Source: Patescibacteria group bacterium (GTDB lineage Bacteria; Patescibacteriota; Minisyncoccia; Moranbacterales; UBA9337). From it: a stretch of 63,303 nucleotides of DNA. Of this stretch, positions 36,956 to 47,076 are shown piece by piece. The notes beneath the pieces were generated by a model. That model had not been told where the DNA came from, made no database searches, and saw nothing but the letters and a program-made list of their open reading frames with translations. The number at the start of each line of letters is the position of its first letter. Position 1 is the first letter of the stretch. Location: contig JBHPHA010000004.1 in NCBI GenBank assembly GCA_042569905.1, positions 1-63,303 of the forward strand, read 5' to 3'. A program made the position numbers and the translations under genes.

Positions 36956-37897
36956 ATGAAAATTCTAGTTACCGGAGGAGCAGGATTTGTTGGCTCTCAT
37001 CTTTGCGAAAGACTTCTCAATGAAGGACATGAGGTTCTATGTCTTGATAATTTCTTCACAGGAAATAAGGAGAATGTTGCGAAGCTTTTGAACAACAAAA
37101 AATTCGAATTAATCAGACATGACATTTCTCTGCCACTCTACATTGAAATAGACCAAATCTACAATCTTGCCTGTCCAGCTTCCCCACCTCACTACCAACA
37201 CGACCCAATACATACCATGAAAACATCTGTTTTTGGAGCTCTCAATATGCTCGGACTCGCAAAAAGAACTGGAGCAAGAATTCTGCAAGCCTCCACTTCG
37301 GAAGTCTACGGTGACCCTGAAGTTCACCCGCAGCCAGAAAGTTACTGGGGGAAAGTAAATCCAATCGGAATCCGCTCTTGTTATGACGAAGGTAAACGAT
37401 GCGCTGAAACGCTCTTCTTTGATTATAATCGTGAACATGATGTAGACATCAAGGTAATACGAATTTTCAACACCTACGGTCCAAATATGCACCCTAACGA
37501 CGGAAGAGTTGTTTCGAATTTCATCATCCAAGCACTTCAGGATCAAGACATTACAATTTATGGAGATGGGTCTCAAACAAGGAGCTTCCAATATGTCGAT
37601 AACCTCATCGACGGAATGACAAAGATGATGAAAAGTGAAGACTTTACAGGACCAGTAAACCTTGGAAACCCAGATGAATTCACTATCAAGGAACTAGCTC
37701 AAAAAGTTCTTGAGATGCTTCCAGAAAGCAAAAGTAAAATCATATTCAAAGACCTCCCTTCTGACGACCCTAAACAAAGAAAACCAAACATCTCTCTTGC
37801 AAAAGAAAAATTAGACTGGGAACCGAACATTAAACTTGAACAAGGTTTAGAAAAAACAATTGAATATTTTAAAAAAGTATTAGAAACTCAAAAATAA
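36956..37897 (+). CDS. uxs: UDP-glucuronate decarboxylase (UDP-xylose synthase)
   Basis: [42 protein letters not shown] (YxxxK), NTYGP.M...[12 protein letters not shown]. 313 aa. Confidence 0.9.
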   Translation: MKILVTGGAGFVGSHLCERLLNEGHEVLCLDNFFTGNKENVAKLLNNKKFELIRHDISLPLYIEIDQIYNLACPASPPHYQHDPIHTMKTSVFGALNMLGLAKRTGARILQASTSEVYGDPEVHPQPESYWGKVNPIGIRSCYDEGKRCAETLFFDYNREHDVDIKVIRIFNTYGPNMHPNDGRVVSNFIIQALQDQDITIYGDGSQTRSFQYVDNLIDGMTKMMKSEDFTGPVNLGNPDEFTIKELAQKVLEMLPESKSKIIFKDLPSDDPKQRKPNISLAKEKLDWEPNIKLEQGLEKTIEYFKKVLETQK

Positions 37898-37898
37898 A

Positions 37899-38828
37899 AT
37901 GAAGAAAAAAATAGCCTATTTTTCCATAGCACTATTCCCAATTCTTCTTGCTGCTTCATTTGGGTTAAAAAACATCTCCTCCTCGGAAGGACAAAATTCC
38001 GCTACTGCTTCAGTAGTGAATGAATCATTTTCATTTGTGGTCATTGGTGATACTGAGAGAGAAAAAGACTCTAACGGCTTCAGTAATGATGCACTCTCCG
38101 TATTCAATAAAGCGCGAGAGCTTCAACCAGATCTGGTATTTTTTACAGGCGACATCATCACCATCTCATATGTATCACTATCCGAAGGCTATCGAAGGAT
38201 TAAAAACATTAAACATGTTATTGATTCATACTTCGGACAAATCCCCTACTATTTTACACTAGGTCACCACGATGTTGATTGCGGCCCTAGATGTGCTGCA
38301 TACTGGAGTCAAATATTTTTCAATAAAACTCCTGAAGAAGCAATGGGGGATAAACTTTATGCATCTTTTGATCACAACAATACTCATTTTGTTCTACTTT
38401 CCAATGAATATCCACTAAAACATTCTCTTGAACAAGAGCAACTCAACTGGCTCGACCAAGACCTTGCCGCTACAGACAAAAGATACAAAATCGTACTTAT
38501 GCATGTTCCCCCAGTAACTTTCTTTGGAAAGTCTGCCAACAATTGCCATGACATGAGTTGCAGTGAACCAGCACGGTCTCAACTCATTTCGATTCTTCAA
38601 AAACATTCCGTTGACTTGGTCATTTCTGGCCACGAACACCTTTTTGATCACAAAATCGAAAATGGAATTCACTATGTTCTCAGCGGAAACGCCTCAGGAA
38701 GTGACCCTCGCTACAAAAATACACTCGCGGGTAAAAATTTCCTGCAGGTACTAGTCACCAACTACGGAATTACCCTCCGAGCCATCACCGACACAGGAGA
38801 AGTAATAAAAGAAATTAAAATAAAATAA
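37899..38828 (+). CDS. Secreted or membrane-anchored calcineurin-like metallophosphoesterase
   Basis: N-terminal signal/TM. VVIGDTE, FFTGDI, GHHD, LMHVPP, SGHEH. The ATG is 1 nt after the uxs stop. Confidence 0.8.
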   Translation: MKKKIAYFSIALFPILLAASFGLKNISSSEGQNSATASVVNESFSFVVIGDTEREKDSNGFSNDALSVFNKARELQPDLVFFTGDIITISYVSLSEGYRRIKNIKHVIDSYFGQIPYYFTLGHHDVDCGPRCAAYWSQIFFNKTPEEAMGDKLYASFDHNNTHFVLLSNEYPLKHSLEQEQLNWLDQDLAATDKRYKIVLMHVPPVTFFGKSANNCHDMSCSEPARSQLISILQKHSVDLVISGHEHLFDHKIENGIHYVLSGNASGSDPRYKNTLAGKNFLQVLVTNYGITLRAITDTGEVIKEIKIK

Positions 38829-38943
38829 ACCCATCAAAAAAGAAACGGGTCCTCCTCCCCTTTTCAAAGGGGAGGAGTTAGAGGAGGGATTTCGTTTGAA
38901 ATAGTAACTATTTACACCATCCTTAATCCGCTATCTCAATATA

Positions 38944-38986
38944 CAAAAAAGAGTTTTGCAATTTTGCAAAACTCTTTTGTTTTTTG
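38944..38986. terminator. Bidirectional rho-independent terminator between convergent genes
   Basis: Perfect 14-bp stem aaaagagttttgca/tgcaaaactctttt (38947-38960/38965-38978), 4-nt loop, A6 upstream and T-run downstream. Confidence 0.75.
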
Positions 38987-39009
38987 TTGTTCATAGAAAA
39001 ACACTCAGC

Positions 39010-40332
39010 TCAGCTTCTTCCGACACCTACATATCTAAATCCATGAATCTTGACCACCTCAGGGTCATAGACATTTCGAAGATCAATGAAGACCGGTTTA
39101 CCAGTATTCATAAGACCCTTAATCTTTTCAAAGTCCAATGCGCGAAATTCATTCCATTCCGTCATAAGGACTATGGCGTCTGTTCCCTCACAAGCACCAT
39201 AAGCATCTTCAACGTACTGCAAAGACCGGGACTCTTCAAGAATCTTCCTGCATTCATTTACTCCTTCTGGATCATACGCCCTAATCAAAGCTCCTTTATT
39301 GATCAATTCGGGCATGATAGTCAAAGAAGCAGAATCACGCATGTCATCCGTCTTTGGCTTAAATGTAAGCCCCAGAATAGCAATTATTTTGCCTCTCTCA
39401 GACCCTCCCAATGCCTTACGAATCTTCATAATCATTCTTGCTTTCTGAGCTTTATTAGCTTCAACAGTGGCCTCAACAAGTCGAAGAGGAACTCCATGCT
39501 CCTGAGCAACACTCAAAAGTGCCACAGTGTCCTTTGGAAAACAAGATCCGCCATATCCTGGTCCAGGGTGCAAAAATTTGTCCCCAATCCTTTTATCCAT
39601 TCCCATTGCTCTCAAAACATCCGTAGCGTTAGCACTAACCACCTCACAAAGATTTGCGAGTTCGTTAGCAAAAGTTATCTTCGTAGCCAAAAATGCATTA
39701 GCTCCATACTTACAAACTTCTGCGCTTCGAATGTCAGTGAAAACGAAATGGGTTCCATTAGTGTAAAGAACGCTATAAACCTCTTTCATAACGGAAACGG
39801 CATCATTAGAATCCGTACCAATAACAACGCGATTCGGCTTCATAAAATCACCAACAGCTTCGCCTTCCCGCAAAAACTCAGGATTGGAAACAATACTGAA
39901 ATCAGCAGAGGGATTAGCGCCACGCACAATTTCCTTCACCTGATCCCCCGTTCCAACTGGAACAGTGCTTTTATCCACAATAACAGTGTGGTGATTGCCC
40001 AAATTTTCAGCAATCTGCCGAGCAGCTGTATAGACATACCTCATGTTAGCGTAACCATCCCCTCGCTTACTATCTGGAGTCCCTACAGCAATAAAAACAA
40101 CTTGAACATCCTCAACATCAGAAATATCAGTTGAAAAACTAAGTGTTTTCTTCCCATAATTCTTTTTCACCAAATCGTCCAGACCTGGCTCAAAAATTGG
40201 AATCACACCCTTTTTAAGGCTTTCAATTTTCTCCTCATCAATATCAATACAAATGACATTGTGACCAAAATCAGAAAGACATGCACCAGTCACAAGTCCA
40301 ACATATCCAGTTCCAATTACTGCAATCTTCAT
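39010..40332 (-). CDS. ugd: UDP-glucose 6-dehydrogenase
   Basis: MKIAVIGTGYVGLVTGACL, EFLREG, catalytic GGSCFPKD, GLTFKPKTDDMRDS. 440 aa. Confidence 0.95.
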   Translation of the reverse strand: MKIAVIGTGYVGLVTGACLSDFGHNVICIDIDEEKIESLKKGVIPIFEPGLDDLVKKNYGKKTLSFSTDISDVEDVQVVFIAVGTPDSKRGDGYANMRYVYTAARQIAENLGNHHTVIVDKSTVPVGTGDQVKEIVRGANPSADFSIVSNPEFLREGEAVGDFMKPNRVVIGTDSNDAVSVMKEVYSVLYTNGTHFVFTDIRSAEVCKYGANAFLATKITFANELANLCEVVSANATDVLRAMGMDKRIGDKFLHPGPGYGGSCFPKDTVALLSVAQEHGVPLRLVEATVEANKAQKARMIMKIRKALGGSERGKIIAILGLTFKPKTDDMRDSASLTIMPELINKGALIRAYDPEGVNECRKILEESRSLQYVEDAYGACEGTDAIVLMTEWNEFRALDFEKIKGLMNTGKPVFIDLRNVYDPEVVKIHGFRYVGVGRS

Positions 40333-40405
40333 AACATCACCTTCCTTTTATGAATGTTTTTTCAAAAAACTTTTTCTTTACTATATCAAAGAACCACTTA
40401 AAATG

Positions 40406-40744
40406 CTAATTTTTCACTCTCTTTTCCTCCATTCTAATCTCATACACGCCCATTACAACAGCCATTATCAAAAAATAATACACATATATAGCAAATTCAT
40501 CAGCCCTTTTCACATTTCCGAGTATCATCATAAACACAGCTAATACCAAGAAAAACAAAGCAGGAATTGCCAAATAACGACTCGATACGGGTCGCAGTAT
40601 GATTCCCACAAAAACAGTGAAAATCAAAACCTCCATATTATTCCATCCCAGAAAAATACCTACTAAAATTGCTCCAGACAAAAAAGTCAGATCAACTTTA
40701 TTTTTTTTCAAAAACTCAACTATTTTATCTTTTTCTTTTACCAT
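40406..40744 (-). CDS. Hypothetical small membrane protein (about 3-4 TMs)
   Basis: 112 aa. Overlaps the upstream GT-C-like gene by 20 nt. No family recognised. Confidence 0.5.
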   Translation of the reverse strand: MVKEKDKIVEFLKKNKVDLTFLSGAILVGIFLGWNNMEVLIFTVFVGIILRPVSSRYLAIPALFFLVLAVFMMILGNVKRADEFAIYVYYFLIMAVVMGVYEIRMEEKRVKN

Positions 40745-42884
40745 AGAGATATAAAATTACATATACACATATTACTACAAAACCAAATAAAGACAAGTAC
40801 GCTCCCCAATAAAAAACTTTCATCGGAAAATACTCAATCACAATCTCACCATTCCTCATATCCTCTTTTAATTTCCACCCATTAGCATATCCTAAAGATT
40901 TCACCCCTTTTAATCTCTCTTTTGAATTGTCACTCACGAAATATGCTCTCCAATTAGAGTCATATGGTTCATTTAGAGATACGTAACCCATTCCGTCACT
41001 AGCTTCAAAATCAATAACGAACTTCTTGGGGTTTACCTCCCTGTAATTCAATGAACTATGAATCTCCTTGACTTCATCAAAATTCTTCATTATCCCCAAC
41101 GGACCATTTCCTAGAGAAATATTTTCTTTATGAGCAAACACTTGCGGCAATCGATACTTACTATTCAATTCATATAGATCAAAATACTCATTCGAACGAA
41201 CTTTAGAGATAGCCCTTACTCGCTCTAAATACTCAATCTTTTCCAAGGACTGATCCAGAAAACGCTTACTCACATCCTTGTGATAAATGATGTATTTCAC
41301 ATTAAAGACACCTAGCAATTCCGCCATCCATTCTGGATCGACCGGTAGCTCATTGAAATCCTTAGCGAAAAGCCATTGATTAAAATAGAAGCCATTAGGA
41401 CTAATTGCCTTTTTATCATACAGCAAGTGGGTCACATCAGCACCTTGCAATTGCCACTTCGGATAATTTACCCACCCGATACTTCCAATCACATTATATG
41501 GCAAGGAAGCAATCTTCACATCCTCTTTGTCGTCATTAATCAACGACTGAATCTCATAATATTCATCTGGAATATCCACCAAAAAACTATACTTTGCCCC
41601 TTGATAATCTTTATGCTTTTTATTAGCTAAAATGAAACTTGTGTCTTGCTGAATCTTACCCGCAAAAAATGGAGCGGGAGTCATTAGAATTATCAAAAAA
41701 GCAACGACTACTATCTTATAATGCCTCTTTCCCTTACTTTGCAAGAAAAATACAAGCAACAATACCGCTAAAATAAACGGAGTAAATATTGCCAATTTTT
41801 CATAACCCCTAAGTGTGTTTAATCCTGGGAGTTGAAACAAAAAATTATTAATCTTTTCAAAAGGAAATCGAACCTTAGATATTAGCATCACAAAAAATAC
41901 CAAGACTGCAAAAAAAGACCAATACATTTTTTGATATTCCTTTTTCTTTTTTTGCCACAAAGAAATAAGAATTATCACAACAGGAAGCAATGTTAATAGA
42001 CTAAATAAGTCCTTCAAAAAAACAAACCTTTCATAAGGAAAATTCAAAGGAAAAAAATATTTATTATTAAACTGCTCTAATCTAAGAATATTAATAATAG
42101 AATTAGATGTGTGCTGAATCCACCATTTTAAATCCAATATATTCCCACCACTCAAGCTAGCTACTCCTGACTTAGCCTGAGAAAGAATCGGTAAAATCCA
42201 ATATCCGTTAATCAAAATCGAAAAAGAAAAAACTATCCCAAGTTTCTTAAAAAGACTCTTTTCCATTTTCACGCCCCCAATCAAAGACAAAGCCACTGTC
42301 AGTGCCAAAAGGAAAACAAGCAGTGCAATTGCAAAGGCAGGATTTCCAAAACCAGATGAAGCTAACAGTAAAGATAGACAAAACAAAGCTCCATAAATAA
42401 GCTTTTGAGATCTCAAAAACGCAATATACAGCCCCACAATTAACGGTATAAACGCATATAATATCTGATAATACGAATACCCCCAAGAATATGTAAAGAC
42501 ATATAGCGTATACAAGTTCAGAGCATAGAAAAGAGAAACAAAAACTGCAATAAATTCGCTAGGTTTTTTGAAAACTATTTTTGAAAAAATATAGAATGAT
42601 GAATATGAAATAAAGATAAACAACCCGAGATACCAGGAAAGCTGACTTGTTTCACTAACTCCAACCTTATCCAAGAGATAAAAAACACCATAAAACAATG
42701 AGGCTCTCCCCTGCCATTCATAAAAATTATCCCTAAAGCTATGCTTAAGATTAATAAATTGAAAAGTGTCCTCTCCAGCAATAATGCGCCCATCCGGAAA
42801 TAGGTTCACAAAAATAACCCATGACAGAATCACTACTCCTATTAAAAACCATTTATGTTTCCTAATTTTATCTAAAATATCCAT
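40725..42884 (-). CDS. GT-C-like polytopic membrane protein (YfhO/AftD-type architecture), putative extracytoplasmic glycosyltransferase
   Basis: 719 aa. About 12 N-terminal TMs with an acidic first-loop motif (AGEDTFQF), a ~300-aa soluble domain, and a terminal TM preceded by EYFPMKVFYWG. Confidence 0.55.
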   Translation of the reverse strand: MDILDKIRKHKWFLIGVVILSWVIFVNLFPDGRIIAGEDTFQFINLKHSFRDNFYEWQGRASLFYGVFYLLDKVGVSETSQLSWYLGLFIFISYSSFYIFSKIVFKKPSEFIAVFVSLFYALNLYTLYVFTYSWGYSYYQILYAFIPLIVGLYIAFLRSQKLIYGALFCLSLLLASSGFGNPAFAIALLVFLLALTVALSLIGGVKMEKSLFKKLGIVFSFSILINGYWILPILSQAKSGVASLSGGNILDLKWWIQHTSNSIINILRLEQFNNKYFFPLNFPYERFVFLKDLFSLLTLLPVVIILISLWQKKKKEYQKMYWSFFAVLVFFVMLISKVRFPFEKINNFLFQLPGLNTLRGYEKLAIFTPFILAVLLLVFFLQSKGKRHYKIVVVAFLIILMTPAPFFAGKIQQDTSFILANKKHKDYQGAKYSFLVDIPDEYYEIQSLINDDKEDVKIASLPYNVIGSIGWVNYPKWQLQGADVTHLLYDKKAISPNGFYFNQWLFAKDFNELPVDPEWMAELLGVFNVKYIIYHKDVSKRFLDQSLEKIEYLERVRAISKVRSNEYFDLYELNSKYRLPQVFAHKENISLGNGPLGIMKNFDEVKEIHSSLNYREVNPKKFVIDFEASDGMGYVSLNEPYDSNWRAYFVSDNSKERLKGVKSLGYANGWKLKEDMRNGEIVIEYFPMKVFYWGAYLSLFGFVVICVYVILYLYGKRKR

Positions 42885-42887
42885 ATT

Positions 42888-44441
42888 CTATTTAACAGAA
42901 TTATCTTTTTTTAGTAATAAAGCATTGATATTAAACTCACTTAATCCAAATGATCTGGATTTCTTATTCTTATTACCCACGTAGCTGACCCTAAAATAAA
43001 CAACATTCGATTCCTTGTTTTCAGAATCTATAATTAAATCATATTCAAATGGAGATTTGTCATTCTTCCTTGAGCCCTGAATCACCTTCCAGTTAGTATT
43101 ATCAAAAGAGTATTCAAAAATTACTCTAACATCTTCCTTACTCTTTTTCTGCCTAGCTTTTATGCGCATTTTTTCAAAAGGATAGATTGTGTCTACTTTG
43201 TAGGTATAATAATTTCCCTCTCTCAGTTTATTTGCTAAAATATTATCCTCTCCATCAAAAAACATGTCCCCCTTAAAATCATAAATATTAAGAGCTTCTG
43301 ACCAGCTCCTCTGAGCATCATAATAATAAGTCATTCTTGAACCGTAATCTTCAATCTTAGACCCATTTAAAATGACTACTCCGTCATCAGATTCTAATGC
43401 TCTAGCAACATCTATACTGAAATAATCATTATTTTTATTTGAAATATTCCTCAGTGAAACATAATTCTCTTCATCAACCTCAACATCTTTATTTACAATT
43501 TCAACATAATATGTCGCTCCTTTAGTTAAGACGACATCAAATCTGAAGAAGCATGAGCCATTTCTGTAGTAATATTTTTCAATTTCATCTGCAGAAAATT
43601 TAATTTCCCTCAATACTTCCACCTTTCTACTCTCTCTATTTAACTGACCAAGTCTAGCATAATATTTTCCATTTCCACCGTCTCCAACCACATCTAAGTT
43701 AACGTTGACACCTGTCAAATAATTCCAATCAGACACAAAAAACTGTCTAACTTTTTCATTTTTTCGAGATAAACGCTTCTTAAAATTAACACTGTAGCCG
43801 GTTTTCAAGTGCTCACCCTCAATGATCTCGCTTTTCCCTACAGTTATTGGAATAATATTTCCAATATCAGCTTGACTATCAATATCTAGCCTTGAAACTT
43901 TCACATTATGAATATACACACTACCCTCATCCCAATCCGACCTATCTTTATTTACATTAGTGTCTTTTTTGTAAAAAATAAGCTCATCAAAAAAATAACT
44001 CGATTCAAATATTATCTCATATCGCTTCAGTTGGTTGTCACTCGACTTGTCTTCTGGACCCATTATACTAAAGGATTGCACTTCCTCCTCCCTATTCATA
44101 TCATCTCTTAGTTTTACATAGACAGTCTCATCAGAATCCGCCTTAGCATCGAAATATATTCGATAAAAATCCCCTTTTTCGGAACGCAAAACATTCTGCA
44201 TGATTAATTCAGGTTTTTTATCAGTAATATTGGGAAGCATTATTCCCTCTTGAGTTTGATAGGATACTTTTTTATTTATCTCAACCTTCTCAACTTCTGG
44301 AAGAAATTTTCCATACCACAAAACAGCCACAAGAATCACCACAACAATCAAATGCCTTTTATTTAAATTTTCCCTAAAAAAAGTAATCCACCCTAAGAAT
44401 GTTTTCTTTATTTTCCCAGATAATTTCTTAATTTTTTTCAT
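42888..44441 (-). CDS. Hypothetical membrane-anchored protein with a beta-rich extracytoplasmic region
   Basis: 517 aa. One N-terminal TM, then repeated beta-sandwich-like segments (VYVKLRD, YYVEIVN, YFRVSY). Confidence 0.55.
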   Translation of the reverse strand: MKKIKKLSGKIKKTFLGWITFFRENLNKRHLIVVVILVAVLWYGKFLPEVEKVEINKKVSYQTQEGIMLPNITDKKPELIMQNVLRSEKGDFYRIYFDAKADSDETVYVKLRDDMNREEEVQSFSIMGPEDKSSDNQLKRYEIIFESSYFFDELIFYKKDTNVNKDRSDWDEGSVYIHNVKVSRLDIDSQADIGNIIPITVGKSEIIEGEHLKTGYSVNFKKRLSRKNEKVRQFFVSDWNYLTGVNVNLDVVGDGGNGKYYARLGQLNRESRKVEVLREIKFSADEIEKYYYRNGSCFFRFDVVLTKGATYYVEIVNKDVEVDEENYVSLRNISNKNNDYFSIDVARALESDDGVVILNGSKIEDYGSRMTYYYDAQRSWSEALNIYDFKGDMFFDGEDNILANKLREGNYYTYKVDTIYPFEKMRIKARQKKSKEDVRVIFEYSFDNTNWKVIQGSRKNDKSPFEYDLIIDSENKESNVVYFRVSYVGNKNKKSRSFGLSEFNINALLLKKDNSVK

Positions 44442-44442
44442 A

Positions 44443-47049
44443 TTACTTCTCTATTTTATTATTTCCCAAAATCTTTTTCTTTCTATAATCATAACCCAGA
44501 TATCCTAGACATCCAAGTAACGTTAGTCCAGAAATAAAAAGTCCTATATAGAAAACTCTTTGTGGCCAAAATTCCACCACGAATTCCATATCATAACTTC
44601 CGTCCTCATTTTCCTGACACATCCCAGCTTCACCACACAAGTCATCCACGTCAATCACCCAACTGTTTGCATAACCATTAGCTAGTAAGTGCTTTTTATC
44701 TGAAAGCTGCAAAACACCGCTATTATTCATCCATGTCTCTCGAATACTACCCGTTGGCAAATTGTCATTCTGAATTGTTCCATTGAAATTTTTTGAAACA
44801 AAATCGATACCATATCTCTCAACATAATCAATAACCTCCTTCTCGCCATTCCACTTATAATGTTTTGATTCTTTTTCTTTTCCATCACCCAAATCAGTCA
44901 CCCAGCCTTTTTCGATAAACCCCTCTAATTCCCCAATACTCGCTTGATCATCCTCATTTCCATCCAAAACCTTGTACTCACCCAATTTATCACTCTGAAT
45001 TTCAACCTTGTCATCCTGAACTTGTTTCAGGATCCCCTTGTCTTCACTACCACTCTCTTGTTCACTATCAACTTCATCCCTCACAATATAAGCGTTCCAT
45101 TTCTCATGAAAACTCTCTGAAAAAATCAAAGGGAAATCATCAGTAACATTGTGAATTCTCAGACGATATTTGGTCGGGTTAATTTTTCGAAATTCAATGA
45201 TTTGATCTCCATCATTCCTCTCACTCAAACTATCCAGCTCACTTAGTTTCTCTCTGTTTTGATTCTTAAAAAATACAGCTGAACGAGCTTCATATTCATC
45301 CTCAGAAATAATGCCCATCAACTCCTCAATCTCTCCTTCGGAAACAATATTTTTCACTGGGGTGTAGAAATGTGGGAGAAAGTCTTTCTTTTCAAAAACT
45401 ATCATATTCTCTTTTTCAAAGTATACACCTAACTCATCACTATCGATTTTCTCATTTGCCTCCCCCAAAAACTCATATCTATTCTTCATGAACATATTTT
45501 CCCTAAGAACAGTGTACTTGATATTAGACAATTTTGATAATTCAAAAATATTTATTTCCTTTCCATCAATAAGGCTCAAAAAATCACCCAGATAACCCTG
45601 CCCCCTATCACTCACAGCAATTACCCCTGGAATTGATGAATATCCTGCAAAAAGATCCTGTATCTCTTTATATGCCCCATGAAATCTCTGGTCATCCTCA
45701 AGGTCATTCACCCCATTGTACGGAAAAAATGAAGCTTTTTGATCTAGCTTTTTATCATAAAAATTGGTTTCAACGTCATAATACCCATCTGAGAAGACCT
45801 TGGTTCTTAAACGCATATCCGAACCAACTCCACCTTCCCAATCAGTTAGCGCACCCGTCCACCAAGGAAAGGCTGCCACTAACCATAGGATTACGCAACC
45901 CATTCCAACTCTACGAACAATAATTCTCTTATGAGCAAAAAGATAGCTCAAAAATATTCCGATTAGCACTGCGTATGCGAAAGTAGAAAAAACAGTAAAT
46001 CTGGCAAAATCCCTAATTACGTTTGCAAAAGGAATATGCAAAAGAATATCTCTATGAAAATTCAAAAGATACATTAAAAATGGCACCAATCCTATTATCC
46101 AAAAAACTAAAACCTCTCTCTTGTATTTCCTTACAAACAAAGATCCTAATGCCAAAATAGGCATCACAAAAGAAAAAACATACAGCCAGGTTTTTTGCAT
46201 TTCAGTTTCATACTGAAAATTAAAGAGACCCCCGAATAATCGAATTATATTTATTGGAAAAAAATTCCCCATTGTACCTAGACTAATAGAGCTATTTACT
46301 ATATCTGACCCAGAAACACCTTTATCTGGCACAAGCACCATTCCAGGTAACCAATACGCATTCAAACAAAGAAAGATAGCGAAAACTACCAACATTGCCT
46401 TAACATAAGAAATAAAACTAGTCTTATCTCTTATCAAGTAAATACTTAGAATGAACAAAAGCATTGGAAACCAAATAATTGACTGAGACTGTGTCATAGA
46501 TACGGAATAAAAAATTCCAACCATCACCGCATAAGATAACTTTCTCTCATTAACCGCTTTAATGAAGTATTTCACCACTAATGGAAAGAACAGTAACACA
46601 ATCAACACAAATTGCCAGCCCATTATCACGTAATCAAAAAACAACGGGGATGTCACATATATAATTCCCGCAAAAAAAGCAGCTACCCTCTTTATTCCAA
46701 TGAATACTAGTAAATCAAAAAGAAAATAGGCTGCGCAACTCAGTAAGGTCACTATTAAGGAAACCTGAAACGCTTTACCCACAAGCCCTATCTTAAACAA
46801 GGCAACATTAAAAAACTTAAACAACACAGATGTCAAAGCAATCTGTCTTAAGCCAAAAAAATTTCCTATATTTGTCCAAGTATCGTTCCAATCTTCAAAA
46901 TAGACTAGGGTTTGTATTGCTGTTCCTGGCATACTCCAGTCTCCACCAATAATAAACCCACCGGAAAGACAAACATTCACAAATAAAATCCCTGCTAAAA
47001 TAAAGTACGCTAAAAATACCCGTCTATTACTATTAAAAATAAAATTCAT
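44443..47049 (-). CDS. GT-C-like polytopic membrane protein, paralogous in architecture to 40725-42884
   Basis: 868 aa. N-terminal TM bundle with IIGGDWS in the first loop, a large soluble domain, and a terminal TM preceded by EFWPQRVFYIG. Confidence 0.55.
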   Translation of the reverse strand: MNFIFNSNRRVFLAYFILAGILFVNVCLSGGFIIGGDWSMPGTAIQTLVYFEDWNDTWTNIGNFFGLRQIALTSVLFKFFNVALFKIGLVGKAFQVSLIVTLLSCAAYFLFDLLVFIGIKRVAAFFAGIIYVTSPLFFDYVIMGWQFVLIVLLFFPLVVKYFIKAVNERKLSYAVMVGIFYSVSMTQSQSIIWFPMLLFILSIYLIRDKTSFISYVKAMLVVFAIFLCLNAYWLPGMVLVPDKGVSGSDIVNSSISLGTMGNFFPINIIRLFGGLFNFQYETEMQKTWLYVFSFVMPILALGSLFVRKYKREVLVFWIIGLVPFLMYLLNFHRDILLHIPFANVIRDFARFTVFSTFAYAVLIGIFLSYLFAHKRIIVRRVGMGCVILWLVAAFPWWTGALTDWEGGVGSDMRLRTKVFSDGYYDVETNFYDKKLDQKASFFPYNGVNDLEDDQRFHGAYKEIQDLFAGYSSIPGVIAVSDRGQGYLGDFLSLIDGKEINIFELSKLSNIKYTVLRENMFMKNRYEFLGEANEKIDSDELGVYFEKENMIVFEKKDFLPHFYTPVKNIVSEGEIEELMGIISEDEYEARSAVFFKNQNREKLSELDSLSERNDGDQIIEFRKINPTKYRLRIHNVTDDFPLIFSESFHEKWNAYIVRDEVDSEQESGSEDKGILKQVQDDKVEIQSDKLGEYKVLDGNEDDQASIGELEGFIEKGWVTDLGDGKEKESKHYKWNGEKEVIDYVERYGIDFVSKNFNGTIQNDNLPTGSIRETWMNNSGVLQLSDKKHLLANGYANSWVIDVDDLCGEAGMCQENEDGSYDMEFVVEFWPQRVFYIGLFISGLTLLGCLGYLGYDYRKKKILGNNKIEK
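45013..45035. repeat. 23-bp palindromic mini-element inside the CDS, flanked by 7-bp direct repeats
   Basis: ccttgtc|atcctgaacttgtttcaggatcc|ccttgtc (45006-45042). On the coding strand this reads DKG-ILKQVQD-DKV. Confidence 0.5.
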
Positions 47050-47076
47050 TTATTACTCAATTTAAAATCTACAATA

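Noticed and set aside
38956-40134. A 392-aa plus-strand ORF, the longest unexplained ORF in the track.
   Set aside because: It lies entirely antisense to ugd, whose product carries every canonical UDP-glucose dehydrogenase motif. The antisense translation is low-complexity (Ser/Asn/Ile/Phe-rich), has no SD and no recognisable domain. It is a shadow ORF.
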